Shown here piece after piece: positions 23,954 through 37,869 of a DNA stretch of 64,000 nucleotides (the stretch's first letter is position 1; each line of letters begins with the position of its first letter). This DNA is from Takakia lepidozioides. Taxonomy: Eukaryota > Plantae > Bryophyta. Under the pieces are notes generated by a model, which did not search any database, had not been told where the DNA came from, and worked only from the letters and a program-made list of their open reading frames with translations. A program made the translations under genes and the position numbers. The stretch is from positions 4,774,001-4,838,000 of the forward strand of contig CM060732.1 of assembly GCA_030704615.1 (NCBI GenBank), given 5' to 3'.

Positions 23954-26766
23954 TTATGTCAGCTGAGCTGTTTCCAAATCTACGGCTTCCTTGCGCTCCG
24001 GCAGCTTGATGAAATTCCCTACAATTTGCATGCCGTTTTCAGTGCGAATACTCTCAGGGTGGAACTGCACTCCCTGCATTCCCAAACAAGAAACTTCCCT
24101 TAAGCTTGCCCTTAGACAAAGCAGAATAAGCTTCCCTCTGAAACAGAGGAAAAAGGGGTCAGTGTGAATAACAACTGGTCTAATATCCCAATAAAGCTTG
24201 TAGCTGTTGATTGGAGTCATTACTGATGGGTATTTGTGGTCAAGGTTCCCAAGCAAATAACATTTGTCATGTTGAAAGCTGGCATATCAAGTATCACCAT
24301 AGTAAGAGAGATTCCTTAGACAAAATACCAAATTGCTCGGACTGTTACCCAGAGGACAAAGGCTGAGGCCGGACACCCCTTTTGTGCCAAGGATCTGGGT
24401 GGGCAGTATCAAGACATAGCTTGCCAAGATTCTGTTCAAGGTTCTTGCATTCATGCACTTTGATTCCTCATTTCGTGACAGAAAAAGAAAGAGAATAAGC
24501 GATCTGTACTTGAATGTGCTGGGTAGATACGATGGCGAACACCCATGACAAGTCCATCCTCAGTCCATGCTGGGATTTCGAGTTGATCACAAGGGAAGGC
24601 CTCTCTATCGATCACCAAGCTATGATATCGGCAAGCCATGAAGGGGCTGTGAGCATAAGCAACGGAAGTAACATCAGTACTGGAAATCCTCCTGTTCACC
24701 TCAATTAAACTGCTTTTGCAATTCCCCAATTGTTTTTTGGCTGAAAATATCTATTGGAAACTACAATGGTTAATGAAATAAGTATGCAGGAAGTCTTACT
24801 GAGAGGGCCAGAGGTAGGGAGAGAAAGAAAGCTGTTTCCCCAGGAACGCCCACACAGAGAGGGAGAGAGAGAAGGGGAGAGATTCACTTGGGAAGACCAG
24901 CAAGGAGGCCTGCTTCACCCTTCTCATCATAAAATACCAGTGAGGTCTTTCCATGCATCACTCCATTGGGAGCACGCACAATATTTCCTGCAATCACCCA
25001 GATATTGCTTTTACTGTCTGAAATTGCACTTCAAACCCAGCATCTCAGATACATCCGACTTGGCAAGACAACACTGACTTTTTAAAAGGAATTGTGAAAT
25101 TACCTTATTGGACTCATGATAAAATAAATAACTGAAGCAACAAACTGAGGCACAAACAACTTGTACAATCATTCCATTACTGAACCTCCGGAAAACAGTA
25201 ATGGTGAGGAGAACACCTAGGTGAAACATAATTGTTTAGAGGAAGAGATGTAGAAAGAGTAGAGACAAGAACTTCATTCATAAAATGATCCTACATGATC
25301 CTCCAAGGGAATAAATCTAAGGCAGCATTTTTCTATGTCCCCAGAAGGCCCGAGGGCCCAATGACACAAGTCAAATCGGGCAGAAACTATGTCTACTTAT
25401 GCTGATTCAAGCTTGAATTGTGGTAACCCCTAGACATTTAAACTCTGGTGCTAAAGAGCATGAAAAAATGATCAACAATTTAGGCTGGGGTGAGATAGAA
25501 GGATACCTCCGAAAGCCTCCCCCATGCACTGAAGACCCATGCAAACCCCAAACAAGGGCACAGTGGGTCCCACCTTCAGGACCGTCTCCAGCAAAATTCC
25601 TGAATCACGTGGTGCGCCTGCCCTCCAAATTCCCACATGTGAAGGCATGTTTAAGGCTCTGGTTTAGCCAAATCAATGCAAAATTTTACACAAATGCCAT
25701 TCCAGAGTATGTTCCAGAGAGTTCATGGTGGGACAGGTATTGAGGAAAGGTTCTGCTTCCATAGCCTCCGGCCACAGACCCACAACAGAACCAGGCTAAT
25801 ACAAGTTTCACCCCATTGGTAGCATCTGCATTTGTAATGAAATCAGGGAAATTGAAAGAGATAACACACGTCGCGTTGGTAGGTATATCTTGGTGTGAGA
25901 AGAGGTCATGTACAAGGTTTTGACATCTATTAGAAAGAAGAAAAAGGGCACAAACCAGGCCCAGGAGAGATTAAGATGCCTCGGGGGTTCTTTCTGCAAT
26001 ACACCCCACCCCACCAGTCCAGAAGTTATAATATATTGGTTCACTCTTCGGACTGTGGTGTCAAGCCTAAGGATAGCCTCAAAGCAGTATAATCTCGGGA
26101 ATGGAACAGAAGAAGCAAGACTGACCTGTAGACCTTACCATATCATTTACTTATGGTAAGATTGTGATAAAGAAACCTAAACCCTGAATGAATCAGGCAT
26201 GGAATGTACACTTCCCAACAAGAAAATTTTTAAGCAGCTTACAGCCCGAGCTCTTGTACTTGTCCATTATAATTATACAAGAAGCATAATGTCTATCATA
26301 AACAGAAAACAAGCAATCTCCAATACAAGCAAACACAACAACATAATGTATCCAGAAACATACCTGGCAGAGGTTGTAAGTGAAACTGTCGTAGTTATCA
26401 ATAACCACCACAGCCCCGTGTCCCGTTTGTTCCTGCTTAGTGCCCGCAGACACTCCTTTCTCGCTAGCTGCTACGTATACCACTCCCATGATTCCCCGTT
26501 GAGTTTGTGGCAGAGTCGCAAATCCTCCAAGGCCAGCAGGCCTGACTGCAAGCATCCACCCATCAAGCAAACACGCACGCCTTCAACTACCCAAATAACC
26601 AAAAGTCTTGTAAGGAAAATGCACAAAAGATAGTACGGATGAGCATTCAGAATGCCTTACCGGCTGAAGATTGCTTTACTGGCTGAGCAACCTTCGGGCC
26701 CCCACACAAACAAGTCACTTTCGTTGCTTTCGCAGCGCCCACCAGACCCATCAGTGCACCCGCCAT
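23954..26766 (-). pseudogene. ASB: Anthranilate synthase beta subunit (class I glutamine amidotransferase, TrpG-like), probably disabled
   Basis: Exons 26766-26661 (transit-peptide-like), 26545-26364 (VVIDNYDSFTYNLCQ), ~25993-25955 (KNPRGILISPGP), ~25617-25507 (PLFGVCMGLQC), ~24988-24888 (VMHGKTS), ~24647-24511 (CRYHSLVI..WTEDG), ~24074-23954 (GVQFHPES). The YMGELG..VYRND exon is not recognisable, and there is an apparent +1 nt near 24520. Confidence 0.85.
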
Positions 26767-27491
26767 CTCCAATTCTCACAATCTCCCACACTTCCCTCAA
26801 GTGTCCAACACAGATTTGACAGAACCGTACCTATCCGCAAGCATGTCCCTGGATGTTGACATGAACGATACTTTATACAACTCCGCTTCCGCTCCTGCCG
26901 ACATCATGGCGCTATCACTTACTGACTTTTTAAGCTTTATCGTCACCCATCTGTACAACTTCACGTCCCGAGGAGATATAACTATTCCATGGGTTTCATT
27001 GACCTTCCGTTTGAAGCTCGAACAGTACATTATGAGAAAAAGAAAGAGCTGTATCGTATCCACTGCTGCCCATAGGGCCCAGAGCACCCAGTAGCAGTGC
27101 AAGAGAAGAAATGAAATGCAGAGAGAGAGAGAGAGAGAGAGAGAATAAAGACGAATTGTTTTCCTTCATCGTGTTTCCCTCTGGATAGACACATCCATCC
27201 ATCAATCATCCATGTTCAGATTGATGAGGTAGGCTGAGAAAATGGACCCTCGCTGTCTTCTTCGTCTTCTTTCCTACCGAGCTTGAATCCCTCGAGACGG
27301 GCTTTCTAGATACAATCGTGCACAGATTCGTGTTGGTGACTTACCAGGCTCTGTAGGGTGCAGGTGGAGATGGAGAATTTGGTGTATTTTTAGAGCTTGC
27401 GGGGTGGGTGCCGATATGGACGTCCTCTCGTGGGTATGGGAGGAGCAGTGGTCAATTTGTGTGTTGTTCTCAGAGTAGCCGTGAAGAGGCG

Positions 27492-30400
27492 ATGGCATAC
27501 AGCACTACACTCGCCAGAACTGGGGTGTTTGGTGGGTGTGTGTGCGGGCTGCAAGATGGTGACCAAGGGAGGACTACGCAGGCGGCAGGTGCGAGGACAC
27601 GGAGCGGCAGTGGTGCAGGAGGAACGTGGCAGAGGAGACAGATTCCAAAAAGCATTCAGTGTGAGAAGGGATTTTCCTGTTTTCGTGGGAAATTGGCCTC
27701 TAGTAACTTGTATCCTGGGTTTAAGAATGGGAAAGGTAGAGCAGGCGGGCCTGCTTGTCTCATCTCTGGAGTTTCGGGAGCGTTTTGGGAAGGGGCTGAT
27801 AGCGAAAACACAGGCAATGACCATGTGGCAGCCAAGAGAGGAACATTCACGAAGGTTTGTAGATTTCATTGATCCACCCCTTATTCTTCGAGCCAGTCTT
27901 TCTAGCCCCTTGTTTCGATGGCGTGTATGTGGTTCGCACTCTCCACTAAATCGCGTAGGGCACATCACTCCACCACTACATAGGTAGACAATCACTTGCC
28001 ATCAGCGAGGGCATGAGATCTTGTGTAAGATTCTTTGGAGTGCACCATGAGCAAGACTTGCCTAACTAGTCATGTCTCCTGACATGTATCAATCTTTGTT
28101 ACTACCTTTTGGGTCTTGTTTCTCACTGTTGAAAATAACCAGCGAGTTTCTAACGTTTTTGCCCTCGTCTCCAAGTATCTCCGGGTTTAACTAGTGTTTG
28201 ACGAGATACTTAGCTGTCAATTCCTTGGAAGGTTTTCTGGATTCGTCATTTCGTGCCAAGAGTCTAGGTTGGCCTTAAATGCCCTAGCTTCCCGCATTCC
28301 AATACCCGCATTCCACTTCTTCTCTCTCTCCTTTTAGTTGTTGCCCGGGTCTGAAAGTACAAGGTCTCAATGTGAGTGATTGGGGCAACCTAAATGTAGT
28401 ACATGCATTCATGTCTGTCCTGCCATTTAAGTTGGAGGTGACCTGTCATGCCAATTCCATCCTTTGGTCGGGAAATAGTTTCTCAGTTGTTGAGAATATG
28501 TGAGGGAGCGAGGTTGCCTGTTGTCAGTAGAAGAGCAGGAAGTGGCGACACCAGCGGCTGACCTAGTCACTAGTCTTAGCTTGCCATCTTGCTAGTAAGA
28601 TGGTTTGCCCCAACTTTTGGACCCTAAACCCGAAGTCTAATTAAGATAGATCCTCGAACATTTCATGTGCTTGTTCTATCTCACCTCAGGACTCGTCGGT
28701 GTTGTTAAGCCTGATTCAAGAGATAGAGCCGCTGGATGTGAGTCTCATCAGCAAGGATGTGTCAGCTGACAGCACGGACGCAATGAAGCGAACTATATCT
28801 GGCATGCTTGGCCTGCTGCCCTCTGACCAGTTTCAAGTCGCGATTGAAACTTTTCATGCACCTCTTAGACGCCTGCTGGTTTCTGCCATGATGACTGGGT
28901 AAGCACAACATTCCACAGTCCACCAAACATCAACACAGCTAGAATTTGTAAACAATGTAATTTAACAACCTGACCTTTCATATGTGTATGGTTCGAGTTA
29001 ATGCAGTGTGTAGATGGCACACCAGTATATTTGTGGATGTAGTCTTGTTTGGAGAATCCGTACCGGCGATATGTTGTGGTTAACCAGTGAAATTACTCTG
29101 GGCCTAGTTGTTGCGAACCCATCAACCTCCAAGAGCTTGGTGGCCAAATACTAGTAGAACATGGTTTGTCTGGTAGGCCTTTGAATGTTGCACCCATAAT
29201 GCACTGAGATGACTATCTCCCTGACGTGGCGTATTTTGACTGGCTACGAGGAGGCCTGCTATTTCCTGTATTTTGTGCTCCTCATAATCTTAATAGCAGG
29301 CCTCCTCGTATCCAATAAAACGTGCCATGTAGGCATGTCAGTGCATTGCGCCCAGTAGCACCCTGCAACGCAGCGGGTACGGGCTGTAACCGGCCGCTCT
29401 GACTAGCTTGACGCTCCTTCGTCTCTCCACTGAGAGCGCCTGGTTAAAGCCCGTAGGGGCGGCGTTGCAGGGCACTATGTACAAAGTAGTCAATGGTGAG
29501 TGCAATGCTGCAATCTAGAAAATTCTCTCTGTTGCTTTTCAAAGAAGAAAGCCATCCAAGACAGAGACAGAGATATCAGCCACTTTCTTTGAGTTGATTC
29601 AACCTTTCAAGTAATGTGACTAATCTGTTTGCAATATGTTTGCACTGCAGATACACGTTACGGAATGCTGAATACCGACTTTGCTTGCAACGGAACCTGG
29701 ACCTCACCGATGATGAAGCTGAAATCACTGAAGAGCTACCAAACATCAGCACTAGTTCTGACATGGAGAATGGTTCTGAAGACAGCAATATGAGGATAAT
29801 TTCTCGAGTTACAAGTGAACACATGGAGCTCTACTGTGATGCAACAAATCCAGTTTTGGAAGAAGTTGTGGAGATAGAGTTGCCTGAGGGTCTGGGTTCT
29901 GTTTCACCAGAAGTAGCAAAGTATATCCAGCAGCTGCAAGCAAAGCTGTCAGGAGCTACCCAGGTTAGCGGTCTGCCAGAAGACTTGATTGCCTGAAATG
30001 GGTTTCTGCCATTGTGTATTTTCAAAGAGATGCTGATGATTCGTGCATATATACATGATATACTTTGCTTGGGGTTTGGAGGAGAGAGAGATGAGGGAAG
30101 GAGGGAGTTAGAAAGTGTGACTCTAATGTTGATGAAATGGCCACAGATTCAGAGAGAGAGAGAGAGAGAGATTCAAGCCTTTGGTGGTGTGAATGTAGGA
30201 GCTGGATGTTTGCAAACGTGCTTTAACAGCGTTGGAGATGGGGAACATAGTTTGCAAGCAGAATGACCTATTGGATTATCTGAGGTCACTCGAGCCTGAC
30301 AAGGTTTGTTTGTTTCTACATGGTTTTGGTAATGGGCATATCCCGTTTGAATGCCCACTGCTGTATGCCATAAGGCAATAGTGTGGTGCCAGGAAAAAAT

Positions 30401-31715
30401 ATTGACACAATGTTGAGCCTATCATAAGTGGGGCAGGTTTGAGTCCAGAACCTCAGCAGTCCTACACACTGCCTGTTGGAGAACACGTCTCCTGTGTTTA
30501 CATGAGGTATACCTGGCTTGTAGAACTATTATACGGTGTGATGAACTTGACTTCAATTACCCCCTTGTGGTGGGATCGTCAAATCTGCCAGACTTGGCCA
30601 GGTTGGCTACAAGTTCTGGTGATATATTCTGTCCATACACCCTGAACTTTTCTGAGGGTAAACCTTTTGGTCGTGTTCAGGGCATAGAAAGGGAGGCACA
30701 TGTACTAATCCAAGACTGAAAGTGAACACATGAATCTCTGAATTTGTATTTGGTGGTTTCTAGGTAGCGGAGCTGTCACAGCCGGCATCTTCGGAGGTGG
30801 GAAACGTAATACAGCAGGTAATTGATGGCCTCATGGCGACCCTCTGCCAGGAGAAAAGTCCCCCCAAGACGCTCCCGTTTGGAAGTGGAACCAGTAGCAT
30901 CACCAGTTCATGGGAACATGATGGAGCACCTGCAGAACTTCTCAGCAACCTTCCATTACAGTTCCAATCATCTTCAACAGTGACTCGAGACTACTTGGCA
31001 AGGCTTCTCTTCTGGTACGCACTGGGCTTGGTCTTAACTCCCTTTCTAACCATCTAACTAACTCCTGTCAGTGATCAACTGATTTTAACAGATTACTGGT
31101 TAGGTTCTTCTGTGTGTGTTTGTGAAGGGTTGGCCATTTCAGGTTGCTGCAATCCCTTTGCCAGGGCGACTTTTAACGTGATATATCGCATCACTGGTAA
31201 GGATTCTCTTAATTTTTGGACAACATGAAGGTGGCAAGTTTTGCTCTTCCATTCTGTCGTATCTGTAGTCTTTCTCATTGGGCATCTTAGATTGGGGAGC
31301 ACCATGCTGATTCACGATGCGCATAGAAGTGGTAACCCTTGAAGGAGGGGGCTATGGTAGTTCCTGTTGAGGATGGTTTAACAGTCCACTGGACTTAAGG
31401 TTGGCTATGTCTATTCCATGAGTGCCTTCAGAGATTTACCATTGCATGCTGAGAAAGATCCATCATTCAGCAGTTGGATATGGACTGTTGCTTGTCAACG
31501 CAAGTGGAGCTCTTATAAATGTAGTCAAAAGCCTGTATTAAGATATGCATGAAATTGTACTTACAATCTGGAATGTTGTGAGCTTGTTCAACAGGTGTAT
31601 GCTTTTGGGTCATCATATGAGAGGACTGGAGTACCGCCTTGAACTCAGTCGGACGCTTAGCCTTTCTGGGGACATTGCACTTGGTATGGATGAAGGGAGG
31701 CCTGAATTAAATTGA
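27492..31715 (+). CDS. DUF760-family protein, probably plastid-targeted; exons 27492-27854, 28690-28898, 29651-29963, 30199-30303, 30764-31014, 31595-31715 (453 aa)
   Basis: LIQEIEPLDVSLI.KDV..DAMKRTISGMLGLLPSDQF, SAMMTG^YTLRNAEYRLCLQRNL, NDLLDYLRSLEPDK^VAELS, RDYLARLLFW^CMLLGH.MRGLEYRLEL. All introns are GT-AG with consistent phases. Confidence 0.9.
29198..29348. repeat. Intronic fold-back (MITE-like hairpin)
   Basis: Perfect 19-bp inverted repeat TACGAGGAGGCCTGCTATT (29245-29263) / AATAGCAGGCCTCCTCGTA (29292-29310), extending imperfectly to tgcactga..tcagtgca. Confidence 0.85.
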
Positions 31716-31866
31716 ACAATACTAGTGGGCCTCGGATCTCTCTAGGTTATGTTTTGGGTTGGAATTGAGCTATTCATATTGGAGGACATTTTATGTGAGA
31801 TGAAAGCTCCCTAGTGGTGATTTAGCGATTTAGGATCTGCCCAAAAGTGTAGGTAGTTTTTCTGCT

Positions 31867-32124
31867 TAGTGTTTTTTTTTCATATTTCCTAAATCGCTGG
31901 CGGGGCCACGTGTGAATGGAGCGAGAATATCGAAGTGACAGTTAGAAAAGTGGCTATATTCCAGGTGGCACGTTTTAACTGGTCCACATTGTAAATATTA
32001 TTTATCTGCTAAGTGCTTTTTGGCCGAAATTTCGGATTTTACACCCCCATAATTCCTTTGTACAAGTAGCCAACCGAGTTTCCAGGTCGAAATCTGGCGA
32101 TTTTTTGCCAGAAAAAAAACGTTG
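31867..32124. mobile_element. Putative MITE (~255 bp) downstream of DUF760 gene
   Basis: Ends tagtgtttttttt / aaaaaaaacgttg, with inner aaatcgc / gcgatttt inverted motifs. Confidence 0.45.
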
Positions 32125-33078
32125 AGTGTTTACCATCTGTCATCATCCATTTTATCATAGTTTTCTTTCTCGCACGATTTTTGAGCAAGTCCCAGACATG
32201 AATGGAGATTTTACAGATACACTTAGCTCAATTGCCCCTCTTTTTTTGTAAAAGGTTCTGCATGTGATAGCAGAAAGTTGTATTCATATATATATATATA
32301 TATTTATTTATTTATTTATTTATTTATTTTTGAGTTGAACAGGGTCGGTGCCCTGGAGTGGTTTTATTAAGATTATTTGAAGGGAAAAAAATTAAAACCC
32401 TTTGAGTGGCACGTGGCCGCCATAAGGCCTTAACACACGAAGAACGTGACGGATGGTCCGTGGAAGAAGACGCTTAGCCAAGCTAAGTAAGGAGAGGCAG
32501 GTCTCAAAGGAGGCATGAATGTCTCAACAAGATCCATTGCATCCTAGACATGCTAAGAACTACTTTCTAGGAAAGATGTACTTCAGACTAAGGTTCCTAC
32601 TCTGTAAATGCCGGAGATTTGATGAATTCCGATTCTAGTAAGTTTTCACTTGGTGCAGCCAATAGAGAGAAAGGAGACTGTGTTGCTCTATCTGATGAAG
32701 GCGAGCTTTGTCTTCGTGGAAGCCTTCACATGTTTCCAGATAACATCTGCCTTGTCAAACTTTGGGGAAGCAGTAGAGGACGGCTCGCTTCCTCCTCCAT
32801 TGAGGGGGGATCTGGCTAGGCCAGACGCAGGAGTCAAGTCCTGAGCAGGAGCAAATGATTCCCCCTCTCCCCCAGGTGGAATTGAACTTGTGAATGAGCG
32901 CTTGTTCCCATTCCGGTTTTTTGGCGATTCCTGCACACATTTTTTTCCAGGCCAGCTTAGCTACAATGGTGAGTTAAAAAAAAATCCTTGATAGCACTGC
33001 AGTAGCATTGGTGTTCAATGTTTGCATGGACCAGTTGTCCCTCCCCAACTGTAACCTAGATTCTGCCCACAGAAGTTT

Positions 33079-36000
33079 TTAGGTATAAAATAATTTGAGA
33101 CGATCGCCATTAATGCGAGTGAGCAAAGGATCTCCATTGATTGTAGCCAATTGAATTGAGCCATTTGGAAAAACTTCCACTATGCGGTATGGGCCAAGCC
33201 ATCGCATCTTCAATTTGCCAGGAAACTTTTGAAATCGACTGTCATAAAGAAGGACCAGATCCAGAGTTTTAAACGTTTTAGACTTAAGACGGCTATCATA
33301 ATAGTCCTTCCGCCGCAATTGGGTAACTTCAATAGTTTGTAACGCTTGTCGACAAAGTTCATCCAGTTTCACCAACTGCAACAGACGAGCCGATATGGAC
33401 GCACTATTGCCTAGACGCTCTTCGATAGCAATACGGAGAGATGGTATCTCCAACTCGATAGGCAAAATTGCCTCCTGGCCATAAACAAGTTGAAACGGCG
33501 TAAAGCCTGTAGTAACTTTAAATGCAGTCCGATAGGCCCATAGTGCAGAGAAAAGTTTCATATCCCAATCGGAACCAGCTCCGGAAATAGTTTTAGTCAA
33601 AATTCCACATAAGAGTCCATTAGTCTTCTCAGTCTGCCCGTTAGCACAGGGGTGATAGGGTGTAGTCTTACTATGCTTAATGACATATTTAGCAGTCAAT
33701 TGCTCAATAGTGGAATTTAAAAAATGTGTGCCACGATCGCTCACCAACTCGCGAGGGCATCCAAATCGCGTAATAATATTTTCGTATAAAAATTGAGCAA
33801 CCACATTGGCAGTATCAGTACGGGTGGCCATTGCTTCTGCCCATTTAGTCACGTACTCTGTTGCTACAAGGATATATCGTTTTTGGCCATTACAAGAAGC
33901 CGGGGCGATAGGACCAACAAAATCGATACCCCACTTCTCAAAGGGTGCTTGAGCCAAAATAGGAACTAATGGCATGGAACTAGAACGTATTGGCTTCCCA
34001 ACTCGTTGACATGCATCACAACGACGCACATAAGCAAAGGCATCTTTAAACAATGTGGGCCACCAATACCCTGATAGTAACACCTTTCTTCCGGTCGCAT
34101 TGCCAGCAAAATGACCACCACAAGAATCGGCGTGACAACCTTCAAGTATCGTAGGGATTTCTGCTTCCATAATGCAACGCCGCAAAACTCCATCTTTACC
34201 AAGCTTATACAAAGTTTCTCCAATAATTGTGTAAGGGGCCGACTTTTCAACCAATCGACGCTTCTGTTTTTCAGTGTACTCCTCAGGGAATTGCTGTAAT
34301 GACAAATAGTTATATAAGGGCATATTCCCTTGTCACAACATCAATCACAAAAAGCGCAGCATCTAGAAAGGAATCATCTATCGGCTCTTCACCTACTTCC
34401 TTCGATAGACGACTTCAATGATCGGCATTAGCATGTTTACGCCTAGGGCGAACCACAATTTTGAAAGTAAACTCTTGTAACAAAATAACCCATCGAGCCA
34501 CTCGTCCGCTCAATTGAGGTTTATTGATAAGATATTTTAAGGCATCGTGATCCACGTGAAAAACAAAGGGGTATCCCAATAAATAATGGTGAAATTTTTG
34601 AACCGAATAGATCATGCCCAGACCTTCCCTCTCAGTAGTAGTATAACTTACTTTTGCAGCAGCCAATTGACGACTCGCAAAATAAATCGGATGATCAAAT
34701 GACTTTCCATCCTTCTGACTCAAAACACTACCAATTGCATAATTTGAGGCATCCACATATACTTGAAATTCCTTATTCCAATCAGGGGCAATCAAGATCG
34801 GTGCCTTTATCAATCGTCCCTTCAATTCATTAAAGGAACATTGACAATCTCGCGTCCATTGCGGCTCTGCATCATGCTTTAATAATTGTGTCAGAGGTAA
34901 AGCAATCTCAGCATATCGACGGATGAATCGGCGATAGTAACCAACATGCCCAAGAAACGCCCGTATTTCTGTTACCGTAGTGGGAGTAGGCAGCTGAATA
35001 ATGATTTCAACCTTAGCGGGGTCAGTCGATATACAGCGAATAGAGACGATATGGCCCAATAGCTTCCCCTTTGTAACCAAAATTTGGCATTTTCTTGCAT
35101 TCAAAGAGATACCATACTCTTGACATTTCTGGAAGCACAACTTCCAACATCTCCACATGGGTGGCCTTATCGCTATAGACACAGAAGTCATCAAGGAATA
35201 TTTCCATGAACAATCGCAAATAGTCTTGAAACGCTGCAGTCATCACCCGTTGGAAAGTAGCAGGGGCATTACAAAGCCCAAATGGCATAACTTTATAAGT
35301 ATAAGTGCCCCAATCGGTGGTAAAGGTGGTCTTAGCGCGGTCTTCCTCGGCAATCGTGATTTGGTTATAACCTGAGAAACCATCAAGGAAGGAATAACAC
35401 TCATGGCCAGCGACTGCATCCAGAATAGTATCGGTGAAAGGCAATGGAAAATAGTCTATCCTAGTAACTGCATTAAGCTTTTGAAAGTCCTAGCAAATTC
35501 GCACCTTACCCGATTGCTTCTTGAAAACAACCACTATTGGCGATACCCAATCACTATATGGAACAGGATAAATAAAATCAGCTGCCAGCAATTTATCCAA
35601 CTTTTCCTTCACCAATAAAGAGTATTTAGGGTTCAATTGATGTTGGCATTGCCGTACCGGAATTGCCCACTCCTCTAGGACAATCCGATGCTAACAGATC
35701 TAGGGTGGTACCCCACGGAGATCGGTATAATTCCAAGCAAAAGTTGTGCGATTGCGTTTGAAAAATTCCTTCCACATAGACAATTCATCCGCCGGAATCT
35801 CTGCAGAAAGAATGATGTCATTGGGTTCCTCCTCAGTACCAATATTTATAGACTGGTATGGATCTTTCTTTACCAAAGGTGCTCGACTATCATCATCAGA
35901 ATTATACCATTCAATATCCTCCGATAGAACTGCGGACTCCCACTCTGACTCATATAAGTGGGACAAACGCCTTGCCATCGCAATATGGCATCATCAGAGT

Positions 36001-36455
36001 CATCGTCAAAATCGTCGGGCCATGGATACTCACATGAGTGGTGGCGTACCAGTATCGGCTTCACTGGTCTACCCTTCGGCTTCAGAAGTAAACTCAGACT
36101 CCACCTCTTGAGTCTCACCATGATATGCCACAGGATACATCTACAGGGTAGTCTTATTCGACTTTTTTCCCAAAGTCAGAGTCTCTTTACCCCAGTCATT
36201 TTTAGCCTTGGCTTGGTATAACCATGGGCGGCCTAGCAAAATAGGGTAAGAATGAGTCGAAACATTCAATCTGAAGACTATATAGTCGATACGATACTCC
36301 AAACCCGCGATAGTGGAGGGAACGGCAACCAAAACACCCATTGGTTTAACCCGGCTCTGGTCGGCCATTCTTAAAATCAATCGGGTAGAATGCAAAGGGC
36401 CCAGACCTAGTTCATCCATAGTATCTGAACTCAAGATTGACACTGGATCCACCAT
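33079..36455 (-). mobile_element. Ty3/Gypsy pol (protease-RT-RNase H-integrase), defective
   Basis: ILLGRPWL (protease), FLDGFSGYNQI..MPFGLCNAPATFQR..IFLDDF (RT), VDASNYAIGSVL..EREGLGM (RNase H), H-x6-H..CDAC, WGIDFVG, SDRGTHF, NGQTE, WLGPY (integrase). Several frameshifts. Confidence 0.95.
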
Positions 36456-36978
36456 CGATTTATTCTACTAACTTTTTAATGTCTTTTTCCATCGATATAC
36501 TCTGCGATACCTTCGATATTGCTGCGATAGAGCAGTGTTCCTCGATATATTGTATGCAGCCGATAGTCTATCCTTGACTGGATGATAGAAGAAATGGATG
36601 AATGATTATAAAGGATGGATAGAAGAGGTTGAGCGGTTATTAAAGTTGTTGGAGCACTCTGCTATATATTGCATTCATGTGAAGCAGACGGTGTCAACTG
36701 AGCCAGAGAGCCGTGACCAGGGAAAGTAGAGTGAGTAGGAGTTAGAATATAGAGTTATTCCTCAATGGTAGGTTAATATTTGCATTCTTGTGATGTTGTG
36801 TTCGTAAATGAATAGAAGAGAAGAAGGAGAAAAATTAAGTTCAATTCACTTTGTGTTTGTGGGAAGAATGGAATGATGGGATGAGAATTTGATTCTGCGT
36901 GTAATGATTGAAGAACTATAATTATGTGAGATAGTGAGAATGTGCACAAATGGAAAGGATAAAGATTCTGAACGATAA

Positions 36979-37869
36979 TTAATTCTTGGCTTACCCAGGG
37001 AAATATCGATGCGGATATTTAAGAGTTTATCCTGCAATGAAACAAAGTGAGTTCGAATAGAAAGTGTGAGTAAGCCTGGAGAAAGGAATTATCAATTCTA
37101 TATAAACATCGTCAATTGGGACGCAAATGGATTAGTATGTGGTGCTGTCCGATAGATAGTTATCCAGAGTTCATGAAGGAGCAGATTAAGGAAATGAAGA
37201 TAGACAATATTCGATTGGATTAGCTGGAGGAGTATAACGGTGAAGTAAAACCATTTGCATGGCAGAGAGCAATGATGTGGGAATAAAAGAAATATCAGAG
37301 TTGATCACTGGATTACCAGATCATTTATCGATAATAATCTTTCAAAAGCTTTGTTGTAGCAATAAAGAAGTATTCTTATTGCAATTAGTCAATAGAGGAA
37401 TATAGAGAGATATTCATTCTATACATGAGTTGTTATTGGAAGCACAGTTGGTTGCAGACATGGTACAGACCGTTTGAAGGCTATCCTGAACTTATGAGGG
37501 AGTGGAGTAATTCCTTTAATGAGGGAAAATCCCTGGAGCAACTGAAGAAACAAGATTGGTGGTGAAGAGTAATCGATAGTGATGTGTGAAAAAACACGGA
37601 TAGCAAATCCTGTAGAATCAATTACTGGACTACCTAATAGTCTGTCGTTAGATATCTTTAAAAGACTGCAATGTAGTGACAAAGAGATAATCAATTTATG
37701 GCTGATGAGTAAAGGATGGTGTAGAGAGCTATTGACCTTGTATCAAGCAGATTACTGGAGAAGAGAATTAGATGAACAATGGTATTTGATCTCAACCAAT
37801 GGGATAGAGTTGATAGAGAATGGAGGGAATATCATTGAAACTGGTAGAGTTTTAGTCGCTATAGATTGA
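36979..37869 (+). pseudogene. Three tandem degenerate F-box-like motifs
   Basis: LILGLPREISMRIFKSL (36979), LITGLPDHLSIIIFQKL..LQLVNR (37301), SITGLPNSLSLDIFKRL..LWLMSKGW (37618); ~320 bp spacing. Confidence 0.6.

Noticed and set aside
26797-27102. Overlapping ~100-aa ORFs between ASB and DUF760
   Set aside because: No motif or splice support; they lie in the expected promoter/UTR space.
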